This document shows positions 49,155 to 57,633 of a DNA stretch of 64,000 nucleotides, piece after piece. The position numbers were made by a program, and so were the translations under genes. Under the pieces are notes generated by a model. The model ran no database searches and had not been told where the DNA came from. It saw nothing but the letters and a program-made list of their open reading frames with translations. The stretch spans positions 160,529-224,528 of the IMG/VR virus record IMGVR_UViG_3300044712_001462; one strand, 5' to 3'. Each line of letters begins with the position of its first letter. Positions within the stretch are counted from its first letter, which is position 1.

Positions 49155-50032
49155 TATTTCCCCTTACAGTTCTCGCTCTTCCACTTCAGATCACAATCCA
49201 GGCACCGCTGCTTCTGCAAAAACTTCGGATCGTGCAGAGCATTTGGATTCCCGCACATTGGGCACAGCGCCTCCACATACGTCCTCAGATGCGTAGCCTG
49301 AGCACACCTGTCCTTACCGATCGGACACTGGTGACACGGAATCTTGTACTGACACGAATACTTAGGCTGCCCAGGGAACCGGGCCCGAATACGCTCTTTG
49401 TTGTACGAAACAAACGAAGAGGGCACCCTCACCTGATCGAACTTTGGCAGGTTCTCCCTTGCGCACAGCTCTGGCGTGAAATACCCCCACAGTCGCAAAC
49501 CCACGAGTTGATCTTCCGTTGCAAACGGATAGTCACCATACGCCGCAGAAAACCCAAGATCGTGGGCCATGTACTTACAAAAACGGCGCGTCCAAAATCG
49601 ATGGGTCACCAACCCTGCTGCGGAACCAGCCAGGATACGGAAGCAAAAGATCGCTCCCCGTTGACGTGGTTTATAGAAGTGAGGCGTAGTCTCTACTACT
49701 TGGAGAGGCATCCACTCGGAAACTGTCTGGCCTATCCACGGTAACACCGGCTCGAACTCCAGCAGCTTCGACTCATTCGCTGCCAGACGCCACGCTGCTT
49801 GCTGTAGATCAGCTGCCAGCAGCTTGGTGTTTGCTAACCCCAGTAACGACAACTCCACCGTACGCTGATAATGCGAGGCTGGAAAAGCATCAGTAATATC
49901 CCGGCAAAAATCACCGAAAACGGATCCAGCCAAGACGCGATTAACATACGGGGTTCCTGCTTTTGCTAACTCAGCCTTCGTGCTCAAAATCTTCTTGACC
50001 GAATACCGCGGTAAATCAACGGATACAGCCAT
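49154..50032 (-). CDS. Hypothetical protein with Cys-rich C-terminal Zn-binding region
   Basis: C..CHQC..C..H..CPMC..CLDC. Confidence 0.7.
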   Translation of the reverse strand: MAVSVDLPRYSVKKILSTKAELAKAGTPYVNRVLAGSVFGDFCRDITDAFPASHYQRTVELSLLGLANTKLLAADLQQAAWRLAANESKLLEFEPVLPWIGQTVSEWMPLQVVETTPHFYKPRQRGAIFCFRILAGSAAGLVTHRFWTRRFCKYMAHDLGFSAAYGDYPFATEDQLVGLRLWGYFTPELCARENLPKFDQVRVPSSFVSYNKERIRARFPGQPKYSCQYKIPCHQCPIGKDRCAQATHLRTYVEALCPMCGNPNALHDPKFLQKQRCLDCDLKWKSENCKGK

Positions 50033-50035
50033 ACG

Positions 50036-50482
50036 TTACTTTCTATGCCAAGACGCGATCAGATCTTCTCCCCCCATTTCCTCGCAGTAGCAATCCTCTT
50101 CCACAACCAGATAAGTATCAGTCACGTCGTTGTGAAAAAACGTTTGAAACTCATCACAACCAGAGTACCCAACGCATTGCCATTCAGGCGGGAACTCCAG
50201 TGTATACTCGTTCACATACCGAGAGAAATCCGAACCTTCCTCCAGCAGCATCTGTACATCCCAAGGAGTACCCCCCATCTGAAAATACCGACAAACAGCT
50301 GTCAGTAAGAACGTATCACGAGTCAGCTGCGCATCGCTTTCTGGGCCCGGAGGATAGTCTTGAACACATCGTGGAGGTATCACAAGCTCACCACCCACGC
50401 GTAACGTCACAAACAACCGATGACCCAGCGATGATTGCGTTGAAAAAATCCGGTAACCGTCATACGGATTGATCTGCGTCAT
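50036..50482 (-). CDS. Hypothetical protein
   Basis: Starts directly after box copy 4. Confidence 0.6.
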   Translation of the reverse strand: MTQINPYDGYRIFSTQSSLGHRLFVTLRVGGELVIPPRCVQDYPPGPESDAQLTRDTFLLTAVCRYFQMGGTPWDVQMLLEEGSDFSRYVNEYTLEFPPEWQCVGYSGCDEFQTFFHNDVTDTYLVVEEDCYCEEMGGEDLIASWHRK

Positions 50483-50488
50483 ACTTAC

Positions 50489-50510
50489 TTTCTGTTATCG
50501 CTATTAGAGA
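50489..50510. promoter_or_regulatory. Conserved intergenic box, copy 4 (inverted: TTTCTGTTATCGCTATTAGAGA)
   Basis: 22-bp identity with copy 5. Confidence 0.7.
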
Positions 50511-50917
50511 CGACACAGAGCCGCCAGACCCAGCCACATGCGCGTATTAAGTGGGTCGTCCACAACCTCGGCGTCACCCACCGCGATAATCAATCTCTCG
50601 GCTGCCTTGGTCTGCTCCTCTGAGAGCGTATACCCCATCGCTACCCCGGCTGCAAAACAGGCTTCGAGCTTTTCCCGCATGACATAACTGTATAGCGGAA
50701 TACGGATTAGTTCAGAATTTGCTGTAACAATCGTCCAATCAATGGGGTTCCGAAGAGCATTACCATTTACCGGACCATTCGCCACATACCAGGCCGAAAC
50801 ACCAGCTGGGTATTGTGATTCACGTAGCACCGCAACCGGATTAACACCCTCGGCAACACCGGAACAATCCACTTTTACGACATCCACCAACATCAACTCA
50901 TCTCCCTTGCGTACCAA
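50504..50917 (-). CDS. Hypothetical protein
   Basis: ORF track. Confidence 0.6.
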   Translation of the reverse strand: MVRKGDELMLVDVVKVDCSGVAEGVNPVAVLRESQYPAGVSAWYVANGPVNGNALRNPIDWTIVTANSELIRIPLYSYVMREKLEACFAAGVAMGYTLSEEQTKAAERLIIAVGDAEVVDDPLNTRMWLGLAALCRL

Positions 50918-51696
50918 TGGTCTTCCAACACTTCAAAATCATGATGATCTGTGGGCAGAGGAACTCCTGAGTAATTACGGGCTAGATCCTGCTCCGGCCC
51001 TCGATCCGCTGACAAACCCCTCCGCTCAGCCGCGGAATGCTTCCCATTGGCGTCCGCGTTAATCCGGACACCTTTATCAAACGTACTCACCTTCCATCCA
51101 TTCACACTCATTAACCACCCGAGCAGCATGTCGCCGCCCTTGTGGCGCAACTCCGGAATCGGCCAGTTGTATTGCCTAAGCACTGACGACAAAATCGTCC
51201 ACCAGCCACCCGTGAAGAACTGAATATTTTTGTCTGGAGCCTGACGCCGAGACCACTCCTGCGTCTTCAGCCATTCCTTCTGCGGACCTGACACTGCTTT
51301 GTACCAGCGCTGTCCTACCATGGCACAATCTTGCATCTTGTCGTACACGTCCTGCCAGAACTGAGGATTACCCGCCAGATAAGAGTCGTCATCAAACCAC
51401 ATGGTCATCTGGGCCAGCGGATACTCCGAAGAAAAGAACATCTTGCGCATCAAGGGATACTTCAGTGCATTCCCGGGAGCATCAAAAACAAGACATGGAA
51501 TGTCCCAGCTATCCGAGACACGTCGGGCCCACTGGTGTACGTACTTCCGAGTCTCCTCGCATACCGAATTCAAACCCAAACGAAAATCATGAATCTTATC
51601 TCGGCCACCTTCTGCGGTTAACAAAGACGCCAAACAGCGATCCGCCAGACTCGTGTGATCTCCGTAAAACAACGCACATGCCGAGATGTAACTCAT
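50893..51696 (-). CDS. GT-A fold glycosyltransferase-like protein
   Basis: RCLASL, N..KYP, MWFDDDSY (DxD), FFTGGWW, GGDMLLG; GGGAGG SD before ATG 51696. Confidence 0.65.
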   Translation of the reverse strand: MSYISACALFYGDHTSLADRCLASLLTAEGGRDKIHDFRLGLNSVCEETRKYVHQWARRVSDSWDIPCLVFDAPGNALKYPLMRKMFFSSEYPLAQMTMWFDDDSYLAGNPQFWQDVYDKMQDCAMVGQRWYKAVSGPQKEWLKTQEWSRRQAPDKNIQFFTGGWWTILSSVLRQYNWPIPELRHKGGDMLLGWLMSVNGWKVSTFDKGVRINADANGKHSAAERRGLSADRGPEQDLARNYSGVPLPTDHHDFEVLEDHWYAREMS

Positions 51697-51708
51697 GATT
51701 CCTCCCAT

Positions 51709-51760
51709 AAAAAAGCTCCGCGCACGTGACCGGCTAAAAACAGCCAACATGCGCGGAGCC
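51709..51760 (-). terminator. Intrinsic terminator with long stem
   Basis: GCTCCGCGCA/TGCGCGGAGC stem followed by T6. Confidence 0.7.
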
Positions 51761-51787
51761 CGCTTCACCGCCACCATCGTCGTATAA

Positions 51788-52714
51788 TTAAGCCGCCCCG
51801 ACCTTCTTACTCTTCAGGCGGGCCACAGCAGCCGCTGCACGAGCCTTAGGGGAGTCTTCTGTTGCCGCTTTTTTCCTTTTGGGCAGAAACTCATCTCCGA
51901 CGGTCTCCGACACCGGCAGCACATCCGCTACCTCGTCTTCCTCGTCAGACTCGTCCGCATAGCTCATGGCCTTCTCGACAGCTTCCAGCGCCGCCTGCAG
52001 CTTCAGACGATTCGTCTTGGCCACAGCCTCCAGTCGCTCCTGATCCTCCTGGGCCTCACGCAGCTGCTCCAGAATCGAATCATTCGCGAACTCGCTGGGG
52101 TCCTCCACCAGTCGATCAAACACCGCCTCGTCGAACACGTCCTGGGCGTTTACCAAGCTGTTTGTAAGCTTACGTAACTGACTGAGACCAGCCGACGGCG
52201 ACTTGGGTGCCGATCGCGGACGACCTTTGGGATTGTTACTCCGAGCCCCAGACTCGCCGACCACCAGAGCGCGAATCTCCCGCGACGTCAGCTTGTCTTC
52301 AAAGCAGCACTCGATCAATTCATCCCGCTTCTGCAAGCTGGTCAGAGGCGTAAGCGCGCAGATATGCGTCCAGTCCAGGTGATAACCAGTTGCCTCGTCC
52401 ACTCGATCAGCCAGGTCCCGCAACTCCTGTCTCTTCCAGGAAACCGCCACTTGCTGGTGGGTATAGAGTACCGCTTTGGTGATTCCGAGCGCGTCCGCCA
52501 GCTTATCCGCGGCACCGGCTCCATACTTCGACTCGTTCTGCATTACCGACGCAACTACGGTTCCCACCTCGAACCGAGCCAACACGTCATTGGCGGCAGC
52601 TTTCCGCAACCGATCACAAATCTTGTCATAGGCAGCTCGCAGCTCTTCATTCATCTCTGCCACTACCCGACTCGAACTCTGCAGCGCTAAGCTGCCTTCC
52701 GTCTCTTTAGTCAT
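51788..52714 (-). CDS. DUF1016/YhcG N-terminal-like helical domain protein
   Basis: RFEVG...KYG....KLA..L...LDWTH...KLTSREIR pattern. Confidence 0.5.
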   Translation of the reverse strand: MTKETEGSLALQSSSRVVAEMNEELRAAYDKICDRLRKAAANDVLARFEVGTVVASVMQNESKYGAGAADKLADALGITKAVLYTHQQVAVSWKRQELRDLADRVDEATGYHLDWTHICALTPLTSLQKRDELIECCFEDKLTSREIRALVVGESGARSNNPKGRPRSAPKSPSAGLSQLRKLTNSLVNAQDVFDEAVFDRLVEDPSEFANDSILEQLREAQEDQERLEAVAKTNRLKLQAALEAVEKAMSYADESDEEDEVADVLPVSETVGDEFLPKRKKAATEDSPKARAAAAVARLKSKKVGAA

Positions 52715-52751
52715 ACGAAAACCCCTACGTAACCCGTTACCAGTAAAATAT

Positions 52752-53942
52752 TTACGTAAATGTGGCGAGAGGTACTTTGCCACTTAATAGATCGAACGCG
52801 ACCTGCTCCAGCAGTTCACGTCGTTTGATGCGCTGATCTTTAGCTTCCGTTGTCAGCGCCAAAAAAATGTCATAACACGTGCGATCTTCTTCGAGATCGA
52901 GTGTCGCCAGGTTGCTCTTGGTTGTACTGGTGTTTTGTTCACCAACCAGACAGCGAGCTGAAGCTCCTGGAAAAAGGATCGTGCGCGCCATTACAGCATC
53001 TGCCATCTCTCGAGTCAATCCGCGGCGCTGAAGTTGGCTGGCCAGGACATCTTTACGGTCATCCCGCACCGACCGGTTCACCACCAGACCCAGCTTTGTA
53101 CTCGCCAAACTAGTCAACCAAGCTCGCATCTCGTCATATTGACGCACACGCTTCGCGGCGCGCAAGAACAGTTTTTGCAACTGCTCGAAAAAATTCTTAT
53201 CCGTCTGATGCGTCATCTTTCCGCCGTTTACAAACGGACTAATTGCGGTGGCGTTGGTCCTGGCATGGGTGATTGTGCTGGCTACCCGGAGCGAATAACC
53301 ACCTACCTCCGCGTTACTGAAGTGGAACCCAGTAAAAAACTCTTCTCGCCCGTAGCCGGGGAGATCCACAATCAGCGGATCCGGATCAAACAGATTGAAA
53401 AGGAGACGCCTCCCAGCCAGAGTCGCTCCACCTAGCTGGATGTCGGAATACTGCGAGCGCACAAAGTCAAAAGCCGCCTGGTAGAGATCCCGGTTGGAAA
53501 AGAACGCATAGCTGCGCCCTACTAAACCATCCACCGTCTTCGTCTGATGGTTCAGCACCAACCGATGGCCCTTGATATTCCCAAACCGCAGTTGGATCAG
53601 CCGGTTGAGAATGCTGGCAGCGGCTTCGTCACTGAACGTGACTGCCCGGTCCACTGCACGCTTTACAGGGCGTAAGCCGGAAACATGGGCAACAGCCTGA
53701 AACACCCCAGGAGCTAATCGAATACACAAAGTCTCCAGCGCCGATAACGACAACTGGAACACCCCGCGTACCTTGCAGTTCTTAAAGAGCAGGATGTCCT
53801 GCTCTTTCGCTACCAAGCTCATCTGGGTGTGCTTAACACAGTCGTCCAGCATAGCCAGCAAGCGTTCTTCCGCCTTCGGATCCTCCTCGGGTCGAAACTC
53901 AATCACTCTGGGCAACACAGCTAACTGACTCTTATGCGCCAT
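52752..53942 (-). CDS. DUF932-like protein
   Basis: GRSYAFFSN, GFHFSNAEVG..SLRV pattern. Confidence 0.5.
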   Translation of the reverse strand: MAHKSQLAVLPRVIEFRPEEDPKAEERLLAMLDDCVKHTQMSLVAKEQDILLFKNCKVRGVFQLSLSALETLCIRLAPGVFQAVAHVSGLRPVKRAVDRAVTFSDEAAASILNRLIQLRFGNIKGHRLVLNHQTKTVDGLVGRSYAFFSNRDLYQAAFDFVRSQYSDIQLGGATLAGRRLLFNLFDPDPLIVDLPGYGREEFFTGFHFSNAEVGGYSLRVASTITHARTNATAISPFVNGGKMTHQTDKNFFEQLQKLFLRAAKRVRQYDEMRAWLTSLASTKLGLVVNRSVRDDRKDVLASQLQRRGLTREMADAVMARTILFPGASARCLVGEQNTSTTKSNLATLDLEEDRTCYDIFLALTTEAKDQRIKRRELLEQVAFDLLSGKVPLATFT

Positions 53943-53952
53943 AAACCACCTA

Positions 53953-54486
53953 CTAACTAGGCTCGGAAAAGTTGCTCTCTAAGAAGCTGTCAAACGATTC
54001 CAGCACCAGCACCCGTGTTTCGCTGCACACCAACAGACGAGTCCCTGTTCCGTGCGCGGAAATGCCCATGTCGTGCAGGATGAAACCGTTCTTCACATAA
54101 GGCCACTTGATTACCAAGCCATAAGCTTTGGAATCCCCAATGTCGTCGGGGATGTAATCCACAAACTCGTCATACACCTTAGCCAGACGTGTCTTCTCAA
54201 ACTTTGTCATCAACCTGGCTACCGACACATCCTCTTCCACTTTGTACAGGGCATGTGCCACCAGGTAGAACGGCAACTCAGGAAACACAGTGTGGAAAGC
54301 CTCTAGCGTTAACCGCGGCTCACCATACCTCTCTTCTGAGTACTCAATCAGTTCCCGTTTGCGCCACGCTGAGGAGAAAAACGTCAACAGCCGGGACACC
54401 ACGCGATGTTCCCAGCTGTCGTCATTCCGTTTCTTCAACTCATTCAGGCTGCTCAGGAAACGCGGTTTAGGCGTCTCATCGGTCAT
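53953..54486 (-). CDS. Hypothetical protein (weak resemblance to Hjc-type fold, no catalytic motif)
   Basis: WEHRV...PFYLVA...YGLVIKW...LESFDSFL; ATGA-coupled to the recA-like gene. Confidence 0.5.
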   Translation of the reverse strand: MTDETPKPRFLSSLNELKKRNDDSWEHRVVSRLLTFFSSAWRKRELIEYSEERYGEPRLTLEAFHTVFPELPFYLVAHALYKVEEDVSVARLMTKFEKTRLAKVYDEFVDYIPDDIGDSKAYGLVIKWPYVKNGFILHDMGISAHGTGTRLLVCSETRVLVLESFDSFLESNFSEPS

Positions 54487-55994
54487 AGAGAATTCATCCT
54501 TCGTTCATTTTCCTGTCGCACTGCCTCCAACTGTTCTTGGAAATCCCGCCCTGGCTCAAACTCTGTCCGAGTCTTAATAGCCAGAAGCTGCTGCAATCCC
54601 TTAACGATCGCCGGATCGGCCTCAATCAACTTACCGGCCTCCGTTTTGGACACAGGATCCGACTTGGGAATACTCAGCGCCTTCGACCACACCCGACCTC
54701 CTGTTACCAGCGTCAGATCACACACCTCCGCAATTTTCTTTGCTCGACCCTCCTTGTAGCTGAGCAAAAGATCCACAATGGCCATCGGCCAGTTCCACTT
54801 CGTACGCTGCCGGACATCTCCAGTTGGCAGCACACAGTAATCCCACTCGATCGTGACATGCAGCGGTGTTCGCAGCGTTTCACCCATCGAGTTCTTATAG
54901 CAGTCGATCGTCAGCTTTCTTCCTCGAGTCTCCAAAATGGAGTCGTCATTTGAGGTACGCGAGAAATTCTGCGCCTTATCCGCAGACATCTGTATCTCAA
55001 ATGACTCTTGGAACAGAATCGTACGACCTCCACCGATCACCCTCTCGGTGTGAAAACCACCCTCCGCCTTCTTCGGCTTCATATGATTCACACCCACTAC
55101 GGCCATCGGCCACTCCGCAATGTCCTGAGGGATCTTCTTCAAGAACTGCGTAATCTGCAGCGCCTCATGGGGATGGGCCCGGTCAGCAAACCCAGCCTTC
55201 TCAATTCGCTCCTGACTCTCTTTCGAGAGCTTGCCAGTCAGCGAATCCACAGCGAACATCACCGGGAAGGTGATACCCGTCGCTGGGATCTTGTGCTTTG
55301 CATCCCCTGTAAGCATCAACTTCTTAGCCAGACCGATCTCCTCTTGGAGAATCGCCTGCCAGTCATCGGTACTCTTAGCGCGCCGCACCTTCATGACCTG
55401 CACACCCGTCTCGTCCGGGTAGCCCATAATCGATTCGAACCAGTCTGGTGAGAGCTTCGACTCGTTCTCAATGAGGCACAGGTAACCACCGGCCTCTGCA
55501 AACCAGCGCCCTACCTCCGCTACCAGACCACTCTTCATCGTTCCATGCGTACCCACCAGCTGATAAATCAGGCCCAAGGGGAAGTGCGAATGCTGGGTCA
55601 GATACTGGAAAGCCAGCGGACATTTGATACCCAGCATCATCTGTCCGGCTTCGCCACCTACTGAGGCGGAAGTAATCCCTTCTTTGGCCTGCTGCTCCTG
55701 CACCGTCGCCATAAGAAAGCGACTGATAGATTTCTTGGCTGTCACGCGCGGCTTGGGCTCAGCCTCTGCCTTCTTTTTCCCCCGTTTGACAGGAGCTACC
55801 TCCGCAGCGGGCTCAGGCTCTTCAACAGGCGGAGATGCAGGCTCGATAGCCACCGGTTCCTCTTTTGGCTCCTCGCCAGGACGGACTGGGCGTTTCCCAG
55901 CGTGCAACTTCCGCTTAAACGACTTGAACTCGGGTTCACCCGCGGTCTGCAAACGATCGCGAATCCGCTTAAATACATCACTTCTGATATCCAT
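54483..55994 (-). CDS. RecA/UvsX-like recombinase
   Basis: Walker A GTHGTMKS, IENE, FAVDSL, VNH, GGR, KN motifs. Confidence 0.85.
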   Translation of the reverse strand: MDIRSDVFKRIRDRLQTAGEPEFKSFKRKLHAGKRPVRPGEEPKEEPVAIEPASPPVEEPEPAAEVAPVKRGKKKAEAEPKPRVTAKKSISRFLMATVQEQQAKEGITSASVGGEAGQMMLGIKCPLAFQYLTQHSHFPLGLIYQLVGTHGTMKSGLVAEVGRWFAEAGGYLCLIENESKLSPDWFESIMGYPDETGVQVMKVRRAKSTDDWQAILQEEIGLAKKLMLTGDAKHKIPATGITFPVMFAVDSLTGKLSKESQERIEKAGFADRAHPHEALQITQFLKKIPQDIAEWPMAVVGVNHMKPKKAEGGFHTERVIGGGRTILFQESFEIQMSADKAQNFSRTSNDDSILETRGRKLTIDCYKNSMGETLRTPLHVTIEWDYCVLPTGDVRQRTKWNWPMAIVDLLLSYKEGRAKKIAEVCDLTLVTGGRVWSKALSIPKSDPVSKTEAGKLIEADPAIVKGLQQLLAIKTRTEFEPGRDFQEQLEAVRQENERRMNSL

Positions 55995-56022
55995 AAGTCT
56001 CTATCACTCTTTGATTTAGCGC

Positions 56023-56067
56023 AAAAAAGTGGGCGGCGGCACCCGTTACTTAAGTACCACCGCCCAC
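56023..56067 (-). terminator. Intrinsic terminator
   Basis: GTGGGCGG/CCGCCCAC stem followed by T6. Confidence 0.7.
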
Positions 56068-56090
56068 CGGCTTCAGGAGAAAACTGTTAC

Positions 56091-57602
56091 TTAGCTGGCT
56101 TTCTTCTTCTTGAGACCCTTCAAGGTAGCCAACAGCTTTTGAGGAACCGGCTTCACAGTCGCCTTCGGTGTTTCAACCACAGGCTCCTCATCATCGACTT
56201 CCGACTCTTCCACCTCCACGTCATCAACATCAGCGTAAGACGAGGGCTTAGGAACCGTAGCCGAGGTTCGCGTCGGCCGAGCTGACGGCGGCACAAACGC
56301 GCTCTCCTCAATGTCCGAAGCATTCTCATCCAGAGTCGTGTCGTATTGGACGCCTTCTTGTGCGTCCGAGTCATCCATGAGCTCTGCCTGAGGGGCTGCG
56401 TGATAAGTACGGCTCTTCAGCACACCTCTTACCGCATCCGTAAAGAACTCGGGGTGATCTAACCAGCCGAATTCCAACAAATTAGGTTCCTCCAGATAGG
56501 CATGCGCCATCATGACGCAGATCTCTTCCTGATCAGGGAAGTGCAACAGATCATCCCACCACATTACGTTCCGATACACTGCCTCCTCGATCTCCGGCTT
56601 CTCCGTCAAGCTCGGGCGGAACAGCTTCTTACGCCCGCCCAGCTCATACGGGAACGTGTCGAGAATCGCAGCACCCCAACCATCACCCTTGAAGTCGTCG
56701 GCCATCGGCTTGGTACCGTGACTAGTGTGTCGGTTCAAGAAGTCGCTCACCAGCGAGTCGCAATCCTCGTCAGTAGCATCTTGCGGAATCTGCAAGTTGC
56801 CGAGCTTGATGATCAGATCCATGCACGTCGACGGATCGAAGAACGAGACAAACTTACCCCGCTCAAGATCCACGATATCCCCGTGGACAAACGCGGTGTG
56901 CTGGTCATCCGGGTTATCCTCGTATTCCGGGGCCCGGGCATTCACCAGACCCAGGAACGACGACTCCGCGGTATTCGAGACCTGCAGAATCTGCGGCAGA
57001 TCCTTCTCGTTTGCTCCGAGCGGAATCCCGTTCTTCGCAAACACGTCGTCACCGTTCTGGTACATCAGCACCTGGGCAAACCCGATGGACTGTGGATAAC
57101 GGATCAGGCGCTTATCCACATAGGAGCCCCATTTCGCTGTCATCACGTCCTTGCCCCGAACGATCGCCTCAGCCATCTTCTTGGCCTTCGTAATGGCCCG
57201 GCTGAACACGATATACGGATTCGAGTTGACGTCGTAATCGCCCGACAACACCTGGCGAGGATCATAGAGCAGGAAGGTGAACTGCTGGCTCAGGCCCACC
57301 TGGCGAGCCGCCGGGACCGAGCGCCACCAGTCCGAGAACGATCCTTCCTCATTCACATCCAACCGGGTCGGATCAAACGGCCCATCCGGATTATCGTAGT
57401 TGAAGTTCGGGAGAATCCGGACCACACACGGGAACTTGCCCTTCCAATTCGGGCGACGGAGATCGCACTGCGGAGCTGACCGTTTAATCGTGCGATCATC
57501 CTTGGGAGCAAATCGGTTGCGTTGACTTGTTTCTTTGTGCGTCCAAGTACGAGGACGCGGAGCACCGGCATTGGCCGGACGTCGAATCTGATTCTTAGCC
57601 AT
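56091..57602 (-). CDS. Probable ssDNA-binding protein (gp32-like position and architecture)
   Basis: VVRILP N-terminal motif, acidic disordered C-terminal region, located between polymerase and recombinase. Confidence 0.45.
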   Translation of the reverse strand: MAKNQIRRPANAGAPRPRTWTHKETSQRNRFAPKDDRTIKRSAPQCDLRRPNWKGKFPCVVRILPNFNYDNPDGPFDPTRLDVNEEGSFSDWWRSVPAARQVGLSQQFTFLLYDPRQVLSGDYDVNSNPYIVFSRAITKAKKMAEAIVRGKDVMTAKWGSYVDKRLIRYPQSIGFAQVLMYQNGDDVFAKNGIPLGANEKDLPQILQVSNTAESSFLGLVNARAPEYEDNPDDQHTAFVHGDIVDLERGKFVSFFDPSTCMDLIIKLGNLQIPQDATDEDCDSLVSDFLNRHTSHGTKPMADDFKGDGWGAAILDTFPYELGGRKKLFRPSLTEKPEIEEAVYRNVMWWDDLLHFPDQEEICVMMAHAYLEEPNLLEFGWLDHPEFFTDAVRGVLKSRTYHAAPQAELMDDSDAQEGVQYDTTLDENASDIEESAFVPPSARPTRTSATVPKPSSYADVDDVEVEESEVDDEEPVVETPKATVKPVPQKLLATLKGLKKKKAS

Positions 57603-57607
57603 AGTTC

Positions 57608-57629
57608 TTTCTGTTATCGCTATTAGAGA
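57608..57629. promoter_or_regulatory. Conserved intergenic box, copy 5 (inverted)
   Basis: TTTCTGTTATCGCTATTAGAGA fills most of the polymerase-SSB gap. Confidence 0.7.
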
Positions 57630-57633
57630 TTAG

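Noticed and set aside
56502-57479. 325-aa plus-strand ORF, and similar long plus-strand ORFs (21724..22479, 31895..32572, 39750..40400)
   Set aside because: Antisense shadows of well-supported minus-strand genes; atypical composition and no motifs.
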